Assembly (NCBI GenBank): GCA_018671575.1
Contig: JABHHM010000515.1
Location: 1-40,463 of the forward strand
Source of the DNA: Methylococcales bacterium
Lineage (GTDB): Bacteria; Pseudomonadota; Gammaproteobacteria; JABHGC01
Length of the DNA stretch: 40,463 bases
Direction of reading: 5' to 3'
Shown: one piece after another, positions 27,322 to 37,085 of the stretch
Position numbering within the stretch: the first letter of the stretch is position 1
How the letters are laid out: each line of letters starts with the position of its first letter
Program-made: the position numbers and the translations under genes
Notes under the pieces: model-generated
The model's database searches: none
What the model was told of the DNA's origin: nothing
What the model saw: only the letters and a program-made list of their open reading frames with translations

Positions 27322-28566
27322 TTACGCACTTTCTGCCTGATTATCAAACCATTTCTTAGCTTCTTGATCCCACTCATCCATTCTGATGTAATTGATACTT
27401 CTTGGATCCGAGACCATATTAGGGTCAACCTCAACCTCAATACCTTCCAAGAAATTCACCAAGCCAATTCTTTCGATCATTTCACCTGTTCTTTCATGTT
27501 CCAAGGCATTTTCAGCAAAAAAATCAATAATATTTTCAGCTAACTCAACAATTTCTTCATAATCTTCTTCAGTATCAAGCTTCATGAATGGAACAACAAC
27601 GGTTCCCATTAAATCACCAATTTTTAATGTACGCTTACCACCGATAAGAATGATTACACCTTTATCATCCCCAGGAGATAAAGCTTTTGTCATAACATTT
27701 AAACAATGCATACAACGAACACAATTTCTATTATCTACATTTAATGTATCATCATCGCTCAAACTTAATGCGTTGGTAGGACACCGTGTAATAACATTAT
27801 CAGTAATATACTGTCTACCTTTAAGTGAAATAAAAGCTTTTACTTCTTCCTGATCAACTTTCATGTCATCTTTCCAAGTACCGATAACCGCAAAGTCAGC
27901 TCGTTCAATTGCATTCATACAATCATTAGGGCAACCAGAAATTTTAAACTTGAACTTATAGGGTAATGCAGGACGATGCACATCATCTTGAAAGTTATTA
28001 AGGAGCAAACGATGCACCTTATGCTCATTGCAACATGATTGTTCACATCTTGCAGCACCAACACATGACATACCAGTTCTTACACAAGGACCTGCACCAC
28101 CAAGATCCCAACCATAACCATTGATTTTATCAAAGAATACTTGCGTATTATCTGAAGTCGCACCAATAAACATGATATTGCCAGTTTGACCATGAAAAGT
28201 AATCAATCCAGAACCATCTTTTTCCCAGTCATCAGCCATTTGCCTTAGAATATCTGAGGTGTAGTAATTTCCTGGTGGTGGCTGTACTCGAAGTGTATGA
28301 AATTCTTTTGATTCTGGAAATGCATGACCTACTTCAGAGAAGCGTGGAATTATTCCACCGCCATAACCAAATACACTGACAGTTCCACCTTTCCAGTAAC
28401 CTTTTCTAGTTTCATATGAATGTTCTAACTGTCCAAGCAAATCATTTGCAACAAGATTAATTCTTTTATCTGGATGATCATCCCGCAATCGTTTGAAGCC
28501 ACTAATAAAACTTGGCCATGGACCATTCTCCAGCTCATCAAGCATTGGAGTTTCATGCTTTTGCAT
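27322..28566 (-). CDS. dsrA: Dissimilatory sulfite reductase alpha subunit (oxidative type)
   Basis: 414 aa. HETPMLDELENGPWPSFISG N-terminus, Cys cluster CVRTGMSCVGAARCEQSCC, GCPNDC, and ferredoxin insert CPTNAL...CVRCMHC. SD aggaga upstream. Confidence 0.93.
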   Translation of the reverse strand: MQKHETPMLDELENGPWPSFISGFKRLRDDHPDKRINLVANDLLGQLEHSYETRKGYWKGGTVSVFGYGGGIIPRFSEVGHAFPESKEFHTLRVQPPPGNYYTSDILRQMADDWEKDGSGLITFHGQTGNIMFIGATSDNTQVFFDKINGYGWDLGGAGPCVRTGMSCVGAARCEQSCCNEHKVHRLLLNNFQDDVHRPALPYKFKFKISGCPNDCMNAIERADFAVIGTWKDDMKVDQEEVKAFISLKGRQYITDNVITRCPTNALSLSDDDTLNVDNRNCVRCMHCLNVMTKALSPGDDKGVIILIGGKRTLKIGDLMGTVVVPFMKLDTEEDYEEIVELAENIIDFFAENALEHERTGEMIERIGLVNFLEGIEVEVDPNMVSDPRSINYIRMDEWDQEAKKWFDNQAESA

Positions 28567-28964
28567 ACTCAGTTCTCCTAAATATTTTGTAAATCAATTT
28601 CTTGGACGTTAATTATTAACAGATAGACATCTAACAAAATAACTTTAAAAAATTACTCCATCAGTATTTTAAATTAATTCTATACAATAAAATTTTATTT
28701 GTAATTCCACCATTGAGAGAGAAATTTGAATTAATACTATCCCAAAAGAGATAGCATCTAAATTTATCACGGCTAGTCCTAATATAGCCTATTTTTAAAA
28801 AAATTAAACACTAATTTTCTATCTTCACAAAAAAAACCAACACTCTAAAATACAAATCAACCAGTTTAATATAATCATAGTTACCGTATTTTTTTTACAC
28901 TTTATATTTGATATTTTTATCGGTATAATTTCATAAATTCAAATCACACCCCATGGAATAAAAA
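28567..28964. promoter_or_regulatory. 398-bp AT-rich divergent intergenic region that must hold the dsrA promoter
   Basis: No ORF. A perfect TATAAT at 28924-28929 faces the plus-strand ORF at 28965, with only a weak -35 (tttata). No dsrA promoter hexamers could be assigned by eye. Confidence 0.35.
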
Positions 28965-29153
28965 ATGCTCTGGCTAAGTGAACTAATGCTAAAAAACCAC
29001 CACATCAATAATTTTGATGAACTCATTCCGTTAGTACACGAAGGCGCAAAAAACGGAGAAATTTTTTTCAGAATGGATGTAAAACCCGCCTATTTTGACA
29101 CTCCAGAAAATTGGGAAGAAAAATTAGAATCCGCCTTTTCTGGAAGACTATAA
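28965..29153 (+). CDS. Small hypothetical protein (62 aa)
   Basis: ORF only, with a weak ribosome-binding site (gga). Ends 17 nt before the Cas6-like gene. No recognisable motif. Confidence 0.3.
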   Translation: MLWLSELMLKNHHINNFDELIPLVHEGAKNGEIFFRMDVKPAYFDTPENWEEKLESAFSGRL

Positions 29154-29170
29154 AATATCAAGCTAAAATT

Positions 29171-29836
29171 ATGTACTGGATTGAAGAAAATAATAGTGAC
29201 AACAATAACTCAGATACTATTGATTATACCTTTAATATTAACTGTAAAGAGATTCCCATTGACCACATTTATCAATTATCTAAGTCGATAGAAAAAATCT
29301 TACCGTGGATAACAAGCAACACAGGACTCCACCACATTCACTGCCCTGCGGAAGGAAACGGATGGGAACGCCCCTCATCAACTCACAACACCAACACTAT
29401 TCAACTATCGAAGAGAACCAAATTAAAATTACGCATCCCCTCTTCTCGACTCAACGACATAAAGAAACTTTCTTCTCAAACTATTTTTATTGACGGCTAT
29501 CCCATAATTATCAACAACGGCAATTACAAACCTGTCACACCTCATGAAACACTTTTTTCAAGATTCATCCCATATAACCCAGAAGCAAGTGAAGAAGAAT
29601 TCATTCAACTCTTTGCTCAAAAGCTACAAGAACACGACATTATACCAAAAAAAATTCTGTGCGGAAAAACCAACTCATTCCAATTTCCAGACAAGACAAT
29701 TAGCACCAGAAGCATTATGATTGCCAACCTTAATAACGAAAACTCTTTACGACTACAGCAAATAGGCTATGGAACAATGCAGCATTTTGGTTTTGGAATA
29801 TTTATTCCTCACAAAGATATAAACGCTTTATCCTAA
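29171..29836 (+). CDS. Orphan Cas6/Cmx6-like RAMP-family protein (putative)
   Basis: 221 aa from ATG 29171. C-terminal Gly-rich loop IGYGTMQHFGFGIFIPHK has the Cas6 spacing G-x-G-x5-G-x-G. N-terminal ..IPIDHIYQLSKSI..LPW...GLHHI.. and ..KLKLRIP.. resemble my memory of the type I-MYXAN Cas6/Cmx6 family. No clear SD. Confidence 0.45.
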   Translation: MYWIEENNSDNNNSDTIDYTFNINCKEIPIDHIYQLSKSIEKILPWITSNTGLHHIHCPAEGNGWERPSSTHNTNTIQLSKRTKLKLRIPSSRLNDIKKLSSQTIFIDGYPIIINNGNYKPVTPHETLFSRFIPYNPEASEEEFIQLFAQKLQEHDIIPKKILCGKTNSFQFPDKTISTRSIMIANLNNENSLRLQQIGYGTMQHFGFGIFIPHKDINALS

Positions 29837-29956
29837 AAAATAAATAAATTTTTAAAAATTCCAAGCATCAACATTCACGTTTTTAAAATTTAATGATATA
29901 CTTACTGAAAGTTGCTTAAAAAACACTTCAATACAATCAATAATCAGGAGTCCCGT

Positions 29957-30163
29957 ATGAGCGAAAGAAATGATTTGATCAATAAAATGCTTGAGATGCA
30001 AAAAAAATTCATTGCACATGAACAAAAAAATGGCATCTCTGGCAAAGATTATTTTTGCGCACCAGAAGGCAGTCTATTAAACACATACAACGAAGAATAC
30101 ATGAAAATGGTTGATAAATTAGTTGATGTTGCCCACAAAGACAAAGGATCTATCCGAACATAA
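29957..30163 (+). CDS. Small hypothetical protein (68 aa)
   Basis: ATG 29957 is preceded by aggag at -11 to -7. Predicted helical, Lys/Glu-rich, no recognisable family. The tracked TTG extension was rejected. Confidence 0.5.
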   Translation: MSERNDLINKMLEMQKKFIAHEQKNGISGKDYFCAPEGSLLNTYNEEYMKMVDKLVDVAHKDKGSIRT

Positions 30164-30195
30164 ATTCTTCTCTAACTCGACAAATCCCAAAAACT

Positions 30196-30293
30196 GTTTG
30201 CAATTCATATTTTCACAGTGATTGATAAAACACACAATTATAATTGGCCAACATCAAGTGATTAGGCCAATTTGAAAATATGAATTTTCAAAC
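30196..30293. repeat. 98-bp nested palindrome
   Basis: Outer arms gtttgcaattcatattttca (30196-30215) and tgaaaatatgaattttcaaac (30273-30293). Inner arms aattggcc (30242-30249) and ggccaatt (30265-30272). Confidence 0.7.
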
Positions 30294-30484
30294 AATCTCC
30301 TACCACACTTATATTCCCGTTACTTAAAACCCAAACACCCACATGTAAAATATTTTTTACAATTTTCAATATATATTCCACCTAAACCATCAAGTATAGT
30401 ATTATTTACCAAGATATATTCTTATTTCAATGCACTCTGTACAGTAAATCAATCAATAATTACTAACCAATATACCAACACGAC

Positions 30485-30629
30485 CTAGGAGGCTGTCCGA
30501 GAATGCAGATTTTCTCCAAAACAAGGCAAAATTTAGCGAAAAAGCGCAGTTTACTGGTGTAAATGAGCATTTTGAGACCATTTTCAACGCAGAGTTGGCG
30601 GAAAGATGAGTTTTCGGACAGCCTCCTAG
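30485..30629. mobile_element. Family-B MITE-like element with perfect 16-bp terminal inverted repeats
   Basis: ctaggaggctgtccga (30485-30500) is the exact reverse complement of tcggacagcctcctag (30614-30629). 145 bp, no ORF of its own. Ends 58 nt upstream of the ilvD ATG. Confidence 0.65.
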
Positions 30630-30686
30630 TCACCCACTTAAAAGCACGAACAAAAAAATTATCAACCCAATTAACTGGAGAACACA

Positions 30687-32537
30687 ATGCCTGATTATCG
30701 CTCAAAAACCTCAACACACGGAAGAAATATGGGTGGAGCAAGGGCTCTTTGGAGAGCCACAGGCATGAAGGAAAATGATTTTGGCAAACCAATTATTGCC
30801 ATTGCAAACTCTTTCACCCAATTTGTCCCAGGCCATGTTCATTTGAAAGATATGGGACAATTAGTTGCCAGATCAATTGAAAAAGCTGGCGGGGTAGCCA
30901 AAGAATTCAACACAATTGCAGTGGATGACGGCATAGCTATGGGACATGACGGCATGCTATACAGTCTTCCATCAAGAGAGTTAATTGCAGACTCAGTTGA
31001 ATACATGGTTAACGCACATTGTGCCGATGCAATTGTTTGCATTTCAAATTGCGACAAAATCACACCAGGAATGTTACTGGCCTCCCTCAGATTAAATATA
31101 CCCACTATCTTTGTTTCTGGCGGCCCCATGGAAGCAGGAAAAATAATTTTCAACAAAAAAACAAAAAAACTTGACCTTGTTGATGCCATGATTGCGGCGG
31201 TTGATGACAATATAAGCGATGAAGAATCTACACAAACAGAACGAAGCGCCTGCCCAACATGCGGCTCATGCTCAGGCATGTTTACCGCCAACTCAATGAA
31301 TTGCCTAACCGAAGCACTAGGCCTTTCTTTGCCTGGCAACGGAAGCCTTGTTGCCACACACCAGGAAAGAAAAAGACTGTTTCAAGAAGCAGGACACATC
31401 ATTGTTTCACTCACCAAAAGATATTATGAGAACAATGACCTCACCGCCCTGCCTCGTAACATAGCTAATTTTGATGCTTTTGAAAACGCCATGTCACTCG
31501 ACATCGCCATGGGGGGATCAACCAATACAGTCTTACATCTTTTAGCCGCAGCCAGAGAAGGTGAAGTTGATTTTAACATGTCAGATATTAACCGCTTATC
31601 AAAAAAAGTACCCAACATATGCAAAGTTGCACCAAGCACCCCACTCTACCACATGGAAGATGTACATCGAGCAGGCGGAGTTATGTCAATTTTGGCAGAA
31701 CTCAACAAAGCAAATTTAATCAACAACCAAACCCATACCGTTCACAGCTCTACGCTACTTGACGCATTTAATTCATGGGATATTACAAAGCCACTAGATA
31801 ACAAACGTAAACAATTCTTCAAAGCTTCACCAGGGGGAGTTCCGACAACTGAAGCATTTAGCCAAAACAAATTTTATGATGAACTAGATTCTGACAGAAC
31901 CAACGGATGCATCAGAGACATTAAAAATGCCTACAGCCAGGATGGAGGACTTGCCGTATTATTTGGCAATATTGCCATTGATGGTTGCATTGTTAAAACA
32001 GCAGGCGTTGACAAGGAAATATTAAAATTTTCAGGCAAAGCTCGAATATTTGAAAGCCAGGACAGCGCAGTCACATCCATATTGGACAATAAAATCAACC
32101 CTGGCGATATTGTCGTGATCCGTTACGAAGGACCTAAAGGTGGTCCTGGCATGCAAGAAATGCTATATCCAACAACCTACCTAAAATCAAAAGGCCTTGG
32201 CAAACAATGCGCTCTAATTACTGACGGACGTTTTTCTGGTGGCACATCAGGACTTTCAATCGGACACATATCACCAGAAGCAGCAGAAGGAGGAGCTATC
32301 GCCCTAATTGAAGAAGGCGACATCATCAAAATCAATATTCCCGAACGATCTATCAACGTTGACCTTTCCAAAGATGAACTCCAACAACGCAATCAATCAA
32401 TGATTGCAAAAGGCAATAATGCCTGGAAACCCATCAATAGAAACCGCAAAGTTAGCCCTGCGCTACAAGCCTATGCCGCACTAACCACCAGTGCAGCCAA
32501 TGGAGCAGTTAGAGACATCAAACAAATCACCAAATAA
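30687..32537 (+). CDS. ilvD: Dihydroxy-acid dehydratase
   Basis: 616 aa. [22 protein letters not shown]..., [49 protein letters not shown] ggag. Confidence 0.95.
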   Translation: MPDYRSKTSTHGRNMGGARALWRATGMKENDFGKPIIAIANSFTQFVPGHVHLKDMGQLVARSIEKAGGVAKEFNTIAVDDGIAMGHDGMLYSLPSRELIADSVEYMVNAHCADAIVCISNCDKITPGMLLASLRLNIPTIFVSGGPMEAGKIIFNKKTKKLDLVDAMIAAVDDNISDEESTQTERSACPTCGSCSGMFTANSMNCLTEALGLSLPGNGSLVATHQERKRLFQEAGHIIVSLTKRYYENNDLTALPRNIANFDAFENAMSLDIAMGGSTNTVLHLLAAAREGEVDFNMSDINRLSKKVPNICKVAPSTPLYHMEDVHRAGGVMSILAELNKANLINNQTHTVHSSTLLDAFNSWDITKPLDNKRKQFFKASPGGVPTTEAFSQNKFYDELDSDRTNGCIRDIKNAYSQDGGLAVLFGNIAIDGCIVKTAGVDKEILKFSGKARIFESQDSAVTSILDNKINPGDIVVIRYEGPKGGPGMQEMLYPTTYLKSKGLGKQCALITDGRFSGGTSGLSIGHISPEAAEGGAIALIEEGDIIKINIPERSINVDLSKDELQQRNQSMIAKGNNAWKPINRNRKVSPALQAYAALTTSAANGAVRDIKQITK

Positions 32538-32541
32538 ACCC

Positions 32542-33759
32542 ATGGAAATTTATTTAGTCGGCGGAGCTGTCAGAGACAAATTATTAAACATTCCAGTCAA
32601 AGATCGTGACTGGGTAGTGGTTGGCAGCACACCAGATGAAATGTTAAAACTGGGGTACCTGCAAGTAGGCAAAGACTTCCCCGTCTTTCTCCACCCTCAA
32701 ACCAAAGAAGAATATGCACTCGCCAGAACTGAAAAAAAATCAGGACATGGCTATCATGGTTTTACCTGCAATACTGACAAAAACATCAGTTTACTAGACG
32801 ACTTAACTCGTCGCGACTTAACCATCAACGCCATAGCCGAATCAACTGATGGCCAATTAATCGACCCATTTAATGGTATATCCGACATAAAAAATGGACT
32901 ATTGAGGCATATTTCTCCTGCCTTCAAGGAAGATCCCGTCAGAATATTAAGAACAGCACGATTTGCCGCACGATTCTCCAAATTTGGCTTTAATATCGCA
33001 CATGAAACTCATCATTTAATGAAATCCATGGTACAAAACAATGAAGTAGATCATTTAGTGCCTGAAAGAATTTGGGCCGAATTATCAAAAGCCTTAGAAG
33101 AGCAATCGCCATCTCAGTTTTTCAGATCATTAGAATCATGTGGAGCCTTGGACAGAATAATCCCAGAAATCAGCCAACTGTTTACCACCCCACAATCTCA
33201 TCAACACCATCCAGAAGGCGACGCAGGAACTCACACTTTAATGGTTTTAGATTTAGCCAGACAATTATCTGACGATAAAACCATCTGCTTTGCCGCATTA
33301 TGCCATGACCTGGGAAAAGGCATCACAGCCAAAGAATATTTACCCAAACATCCCGACCATGAGACCAATGGACAAAAATTAATTAAACAAATATGCCGAC
33401 GATTAAAAGTTCCAAACCAATTTAAAACTTTTGCCTTGATTGTCGCAAAATACCACACACATCTCCACAAACTAAACCAACAATCAGCCCTTGAAATATT
33501 AACCCTGCTAGAAAAGCTGAGTGTTTTTAAACAAAACTCAATGCTCGAAGCATTCATCACCACCTGCATTGCAGATACAAAAGGACGCAAAGGTTTTGAA
33601 AACACCCCATACCCACAAGCAGACTTACTTCGAAAACTTGCGGAGAAAACAAAAACAATTACTTCGGCAGTTTTTAGAAAAAAAGGGTTAGAAGGAAAAG
33701 AAATAGGAATAGCTATTCATCAAAAAAGATTAACAACTATTGAGAATAATATGACTTAG
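32542..33759 (+). CDS. cca: Multifunctional CCA-adding enzyme with HD domain
   Basis: MEIYLVGGAVRDKLLNIPVKDRDWVVVG, ..RTEKKSG.GY.GF.., RDLTINA, HD region HQHHPEGDAGTHTLMVLD...CHDLGK. Start set at ATG 32542, 4 nt after the ilvD stop. Confidence 0.9.
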   Translation: MEIYLVGGAVRDKLLNIPVKDRDWVVVGSTPDEMLKLGYLQVGKDFPVFLHPQTKEEYALARTEKKSGHGYHGFTCNTDKNISLLDDLTRRDLTINAIAESTDGQLIDPFNGISDIKNGLLRHISPAFKEDPVRILRTARFAARFSKFGFNIAHETHHLMKSMVQNNEVDHLVPERIWAELSKALEEQSPSQFFRSLESCGALDRIIPEISQLFTTPQSHQHHPEGDAGTHTLMVLDLARQLSDDKTICFAALCHDLGKGITAKEYLPKHPDHETNGQKLIKQICRRLKVPNQFKTFALIVAKYHTHLHKLNQQSALEILTLLEKLSVFKQNSMLEAFITTCIADTKGRKGFENTPYPQADLLRKLAEKTKTITSAVFRKKGLEGKEIGIAIHQKRLTTIENNMT

Positions 33760-33778
33760 AAATAATTCAAAATAAATA

Positions 33779-35278
33779 TCAAAAATCATGAATGGATGGC
33801 AACACGACACTAAAAACACTGCCTTTACCATATTCACTACGCACACATATATCTCCCCCCATCAAATGGCAAAGCCTTTTAGAAATAGATAACCCCAACC
33901 CCGTTCCTCCATATTTTATGGCAGTATCATTTTCTGCCTGTGTAAAATCATTAAATATAATTTCAATTTGCTTAGGCGTTAAACCAATCCCTGTATCTTC
34001 AACAACAAATTCAATCCAACGACCATGACCACTATATTGTATTTGTTGAATATTGATATTTATCGTACCTTCTGTTGTAAATTTTGCAGCATTACTGATT
34101 AAATTAAATATAATTTGCCGAATCCTAACTTCATCACCAATAAACGCTTCCAAATCTGATTGCACATTAATCACCAACTCATTTTGATTGATAATAATTA
34201 AATGCTCAACCAATGACTTCACATCATTAATCATCTGCAAAATATTAATCGGTGCTAGCTCAATATGTATTTTACCCGCTTCAATTCGGGTAACATCCAA
34301 AATATCACTAATCAAACCCAGCAAATGATTGCCTGCATTATTCACATTAACCAAGTCAGCTTTACAAGAACCAGGAAGCACACCATCCTCTACATCTTCC
34401 AACAACATATCACTATAACCAATAATGGCATTCAGCGGAGTTCGTAGCTCATGACTCATTTTAGCCAGAAAAACTGTTTTTGCCTGACTACAATCATCTG
34501 CCTTTTCTAATGCCTTTTTAAGATCCTGAGTACGCTCACCAACCTGACTTTCAAGAGATTCATTATTTTCATTTAATTGATTCAATAGACATGCCACTTG
34601 ATCAAACTTAGCTTTCATTCTCTGTCGAATTACATAAGCCAATACAATACTCAATAAAAATAAAACCCCACCCAAAACACCAATCACATTAACAGTGAAT
34701 TGATGTAAAGTTTTTGCTTTTTCACCTGCCTTTAAAGCCTCCGTTCGTTGCTGCTCAACTAAATCAGATAAACTTCCAACAATTTTTGAATTTAATTCAA
34801 TTGCCATCAAAATATCTGCATGCTTCACTTTTTCTGGAAAGTGAATAGCAACGCTCGCAATTTCATTCAATACTGGCTCCGCTTGCTTTAATGGTTCAAG
34901 CCGCTTCAAAAGTTTTAATTTGGCACCCTTACTCATTAACTCAAACAACTGATCTCTTGACTCAATAAAAGTAACAGCATGGTTCAACATCCGCATACGA
35001 ACATCATCTCTTAAAAAAACATCATCAACAAACATGATACTGGCAACATTAACCAAACGCTCTTTTGCCATATCACGCATAATACTTGCATGATAGATTC
35101 GTTGATCGTATTCAAAAAGAACCGATGATAATTGCTGATGGGAATACTTAAGTCCACCAATAGCAATGACGGCAAGAAATGCAATCATCACTGACTCCAT
35201 TACAAATACCACCATCATAGACCTAAAACTAATACTGAAATCAGTTTTTTGCTGAGTCATTATTTTTTGTTTTTTCAT
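33779..35278 (-). CDS. Sensor histidine kinase (2 TM, extracytoplasmic domain, HisKA-HATPase)
   Basis: 499 aa. H-box KMSHELRTPLNAIIGYSD, N box NLISNAAKFT, G boxes DTGIGL and GGTGLGLSIS. No partner regulator adjacent. Confidence 0.85.
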   Translation of the reverse strand: MKKQKIMTQQKTDFSISFRSMMVVFVMESVMIAFLAVIAIGGLKYSHQQLSSVLFEYDQRIYHASIMRDMAKERLVNVASIMFVDDVFLRDDVRMRMLNHAVTFIESRDQLFELMSKGAKLKLLKRLEPLKQAEPVLNEIASVAIHFPEKVKHADILMAIELNSKIVGSLSDLVEQQRTEALKAGEKAKTLHQFTVNVIGVLGGVLFLLSIVLAYVIRQRMKAKFDQVACLLNQLNENNESLESQVGERTQDLKKALEKADDCSQAKTVFLAKMSHELRTPLNAIIGYSDMLLEDVEDGVLPGSCKADLVNVNNAGNHLLGLISDILDVTRIEAGKIHIELAPINILQMINDVKSLVEHLIIINQNELVINVQSDLEAFIGDEVRIRQIIFNLISNAAKFTTEGTININIQQIQYSGHGRWIEFVVEDTGIGLTPKQIEIIFNDFTQAENDTAIKYGGTGLGLSISKRLCHLMGGDICVRSEYGKGSVFSVVLPSIHDF

Positions 35279-35475
35279 TACGCAGAACCATTATATTTTT
35301 CAGTCATATCATAAAAAGTTTAGTCGAAAAATAATGAATAAACACCTTGCATCACAACAAAACCACAACACCCATTTTAAACATAAAATTTTCACTTCAA
35401 ATCAATTTATGCTAAACTTAACTCCCTTTATTTTTGCCCTCGAAGCTTAAGGTTATTATATCAAACACCAATTAC

Positions 35476-35504
35476 TTGACTATTTTACTCAGGTATTGTA
35501 TAAA
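35476..35504 (+). promoter_or_regulatory. Putative sigma70 promoter of the suf operon
   Basis: TTGACT (35476-35481) - 17 nt - TATAAA(T) (35499-35505), ~55 nt upstream of the sufB ATG. Confidence 0.45.
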
Positions 35505-35559
35505 TTCTAAAAATATAAAGAAAAACTAAAGCATACACACCTCTTTTTTGGAGATTTTA

Positions 35560-37008
35560 ATGTCAGAGAATGCACAGCAACTAGATAATTTTTTAAGTCA
35601 GGAGTATCAACATGGCTTTGTGACTGACATAGAAACTGATGAATTACCCCCTGGTTTAAATGAAGATGTTGTCAGGCTTATTTCAAAGAAAAAAAACGAA
35701 CCCGAATTCATGCTGGAATGGAGATTAAAAGCCTACAGGCATTGGTTAACATTAACCGAACCACATTGGGCACATGTCAATTACGAGCCCATCAACTATC
35801 AGGACATTGTTTATTATTCTGCCCCAAAGACACCCAAAGATGCCCCTCAAAGTCTTGACGAAGTTGATCCTGAATTATTGAAAACCTATGACAAACTTGG
35901 TATTCCTTTAGAAGAACAAAAAATGCTGGCAGGTGTTGCCGTGGACGCTGTATTTGACAGTGTATCTGTAGCCACCACATTTAAAGATAAACTGGCTGAT
36001 TTTGGCGTTATTTTTTGTTCATTTTCAGAAGCCGTTAAAACTCATCCTGAGTTAATTAAAAAATACTTAGGAACCATCGTACCTTACACTGACAATTATT
36101 TTGCCGCACTCAATGCAGCAGTTTTCAGTGATGGCTCCTTTGTTTATATCCCCAAAGGCACTCGATGCCCAATGGAACTATCAACCTATTTTCGTATAAA
36201 TGCATCAAATACGGGACAATTTGAACGCACATTGATCATCGCAGAAGATGATAGCTACGTCAGTTACCTCGAAGGCTGTACCGCACCTACGCGAGATGAA
36301 AACCAACTACATGCTGCTGTGGTAGAATTGGTTGCCAAAGAAAATGCATCCATCAAATACTCAACTGTACAAAACTGGTACCCAGGAGATGAAAATGGCA
36401 AAGGTGGTATTTTTAACTTTGTCACCAAACGGGGCGAATGCAGAGGTAATAATTCAAAAATATCCTGGACTCAAGTTGAAACAGGTTCTGCCATTACTTG
36501 GAAATATCCCAGCCTTATCTTAAAGGGAGACAATTCTATTGGTGAATTTTATTCAGTTGCTTTAGCCAATCTTGCTCAACAAGCGGATACAGGCACCAAA
36601 ATGATTCACCTTGGGAAAAATACCCGTAGCACCATAATATCCAAAGGTATCTCAGCAGGCAAAGGACAAAACAGCTACCGTGGCTTAGTAAAAGTCGATA
36701 AAAACGCAACCAACGCTCGCAACTATACTCAATGCGACTCATTACTGATGGGCGACAAATGTGGAGCTCATACTTTCCCATACATTGAAGTTAAAAACCC
36801 AACAGCAAAAATTGAACATGAAGCATCAACCTCAAAAATTGGTGAAGACCAACTGTTTTATTTTGCCCAAAGAGGCATCGAAATGGACGACGCTGTTTCC
36901 ATGATTGTCAACGGCTTCTGCAAACGTGTAGTCAAAGAACTTCCCATGGAGTTTGCTGTTGAAGCACAAAAACTTTTAGGCATTAGCCTTGAAGGTAGCG
37001 TTGGATAA
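35560..37008 (+). CDS. sufB: Fe-S cluster assembly scaffold SufB
   Basis: 482 aa from ATG 35560 (ggag at -10). Highly conserved SufB body (..[15 protein letters not shown].., [28 protein letters not shown]). Confidence 0.93.
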   Translation: MSENAQQLDNFLSQEYQHGFVTDIETDELPPGLNEDVVRLISKKKNEPEFMLEWRLKAYRHWLTLTEPHWAHVNYEPINYQDIVYYSAPKTPKDAPQSLDEVDPELLKTYDKLGIPLEEQKMLAGVAVDAVFDSVSVATTFKDKLADFGVIFCSFSEAVKTHPELIKKYLGTIVPYTDNYFAALNAAVFSDGSFVYIPKGTRCPMELSTYFRINASNTGQFERTLIIAEDDSYVSYLEGCTAPTRDENQLHAAVVELVAKENASIKYSTVQNWYPGDENGKGGIFNFVTKRGECRGNNSKISWTQVETGSAITWKYPSLILKGDNSIGEFYSVALANLAQQADTGTKMIHLGKNTRSTIISKGISAGKGQNSYRGLVKVDKNATNARNYTQCDSLLMGDKCGAHTFPYIEVKNPTAKIEHEASTSKIGEDQLFYFAQRGIEMDDAVSMIVNGFCKRVVKELPMEFAVEAQKLLGISLEGSVG

Positions 37009-37085
37009 ATAAGTAGATAACCGTAAATTAATAAACATCTACTTACTTCGAAAAATTACCGATACACATCAACAAGGAATATAAA

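Noticed and set aside
15827-28566. dsr cluster as a recently acquired island
   Set aside because: By eye, base composition and codon style match the surrounding housekeeping genes. No mobility genes flank the cluster, and the nearby repeats also occur at unrelated loci.
28567-28964. Attempt to assign dsrA -35/-10 hexamers or an operator in the divergent region
   Set aside because: The region is so AT-rich that many near-consensus hexamers occur by chance. None could be singled out without transcription start data.
30463-30792. 109-aa minus-strand ORF spanning the ilvD start
   Set aside because: It runs through the family-B inverted-repeat element and overlaps the well-supported ilvD start, so it is an artefact of the repeat.
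32491-32541. 17-codon upstream extension of cca overlapping ilvD
   Set aside because: The conserved CCA-enzyme N-terminus (MEIYLVGGAVRD) begins at ATG 32542, immediately after the ilvD stop.
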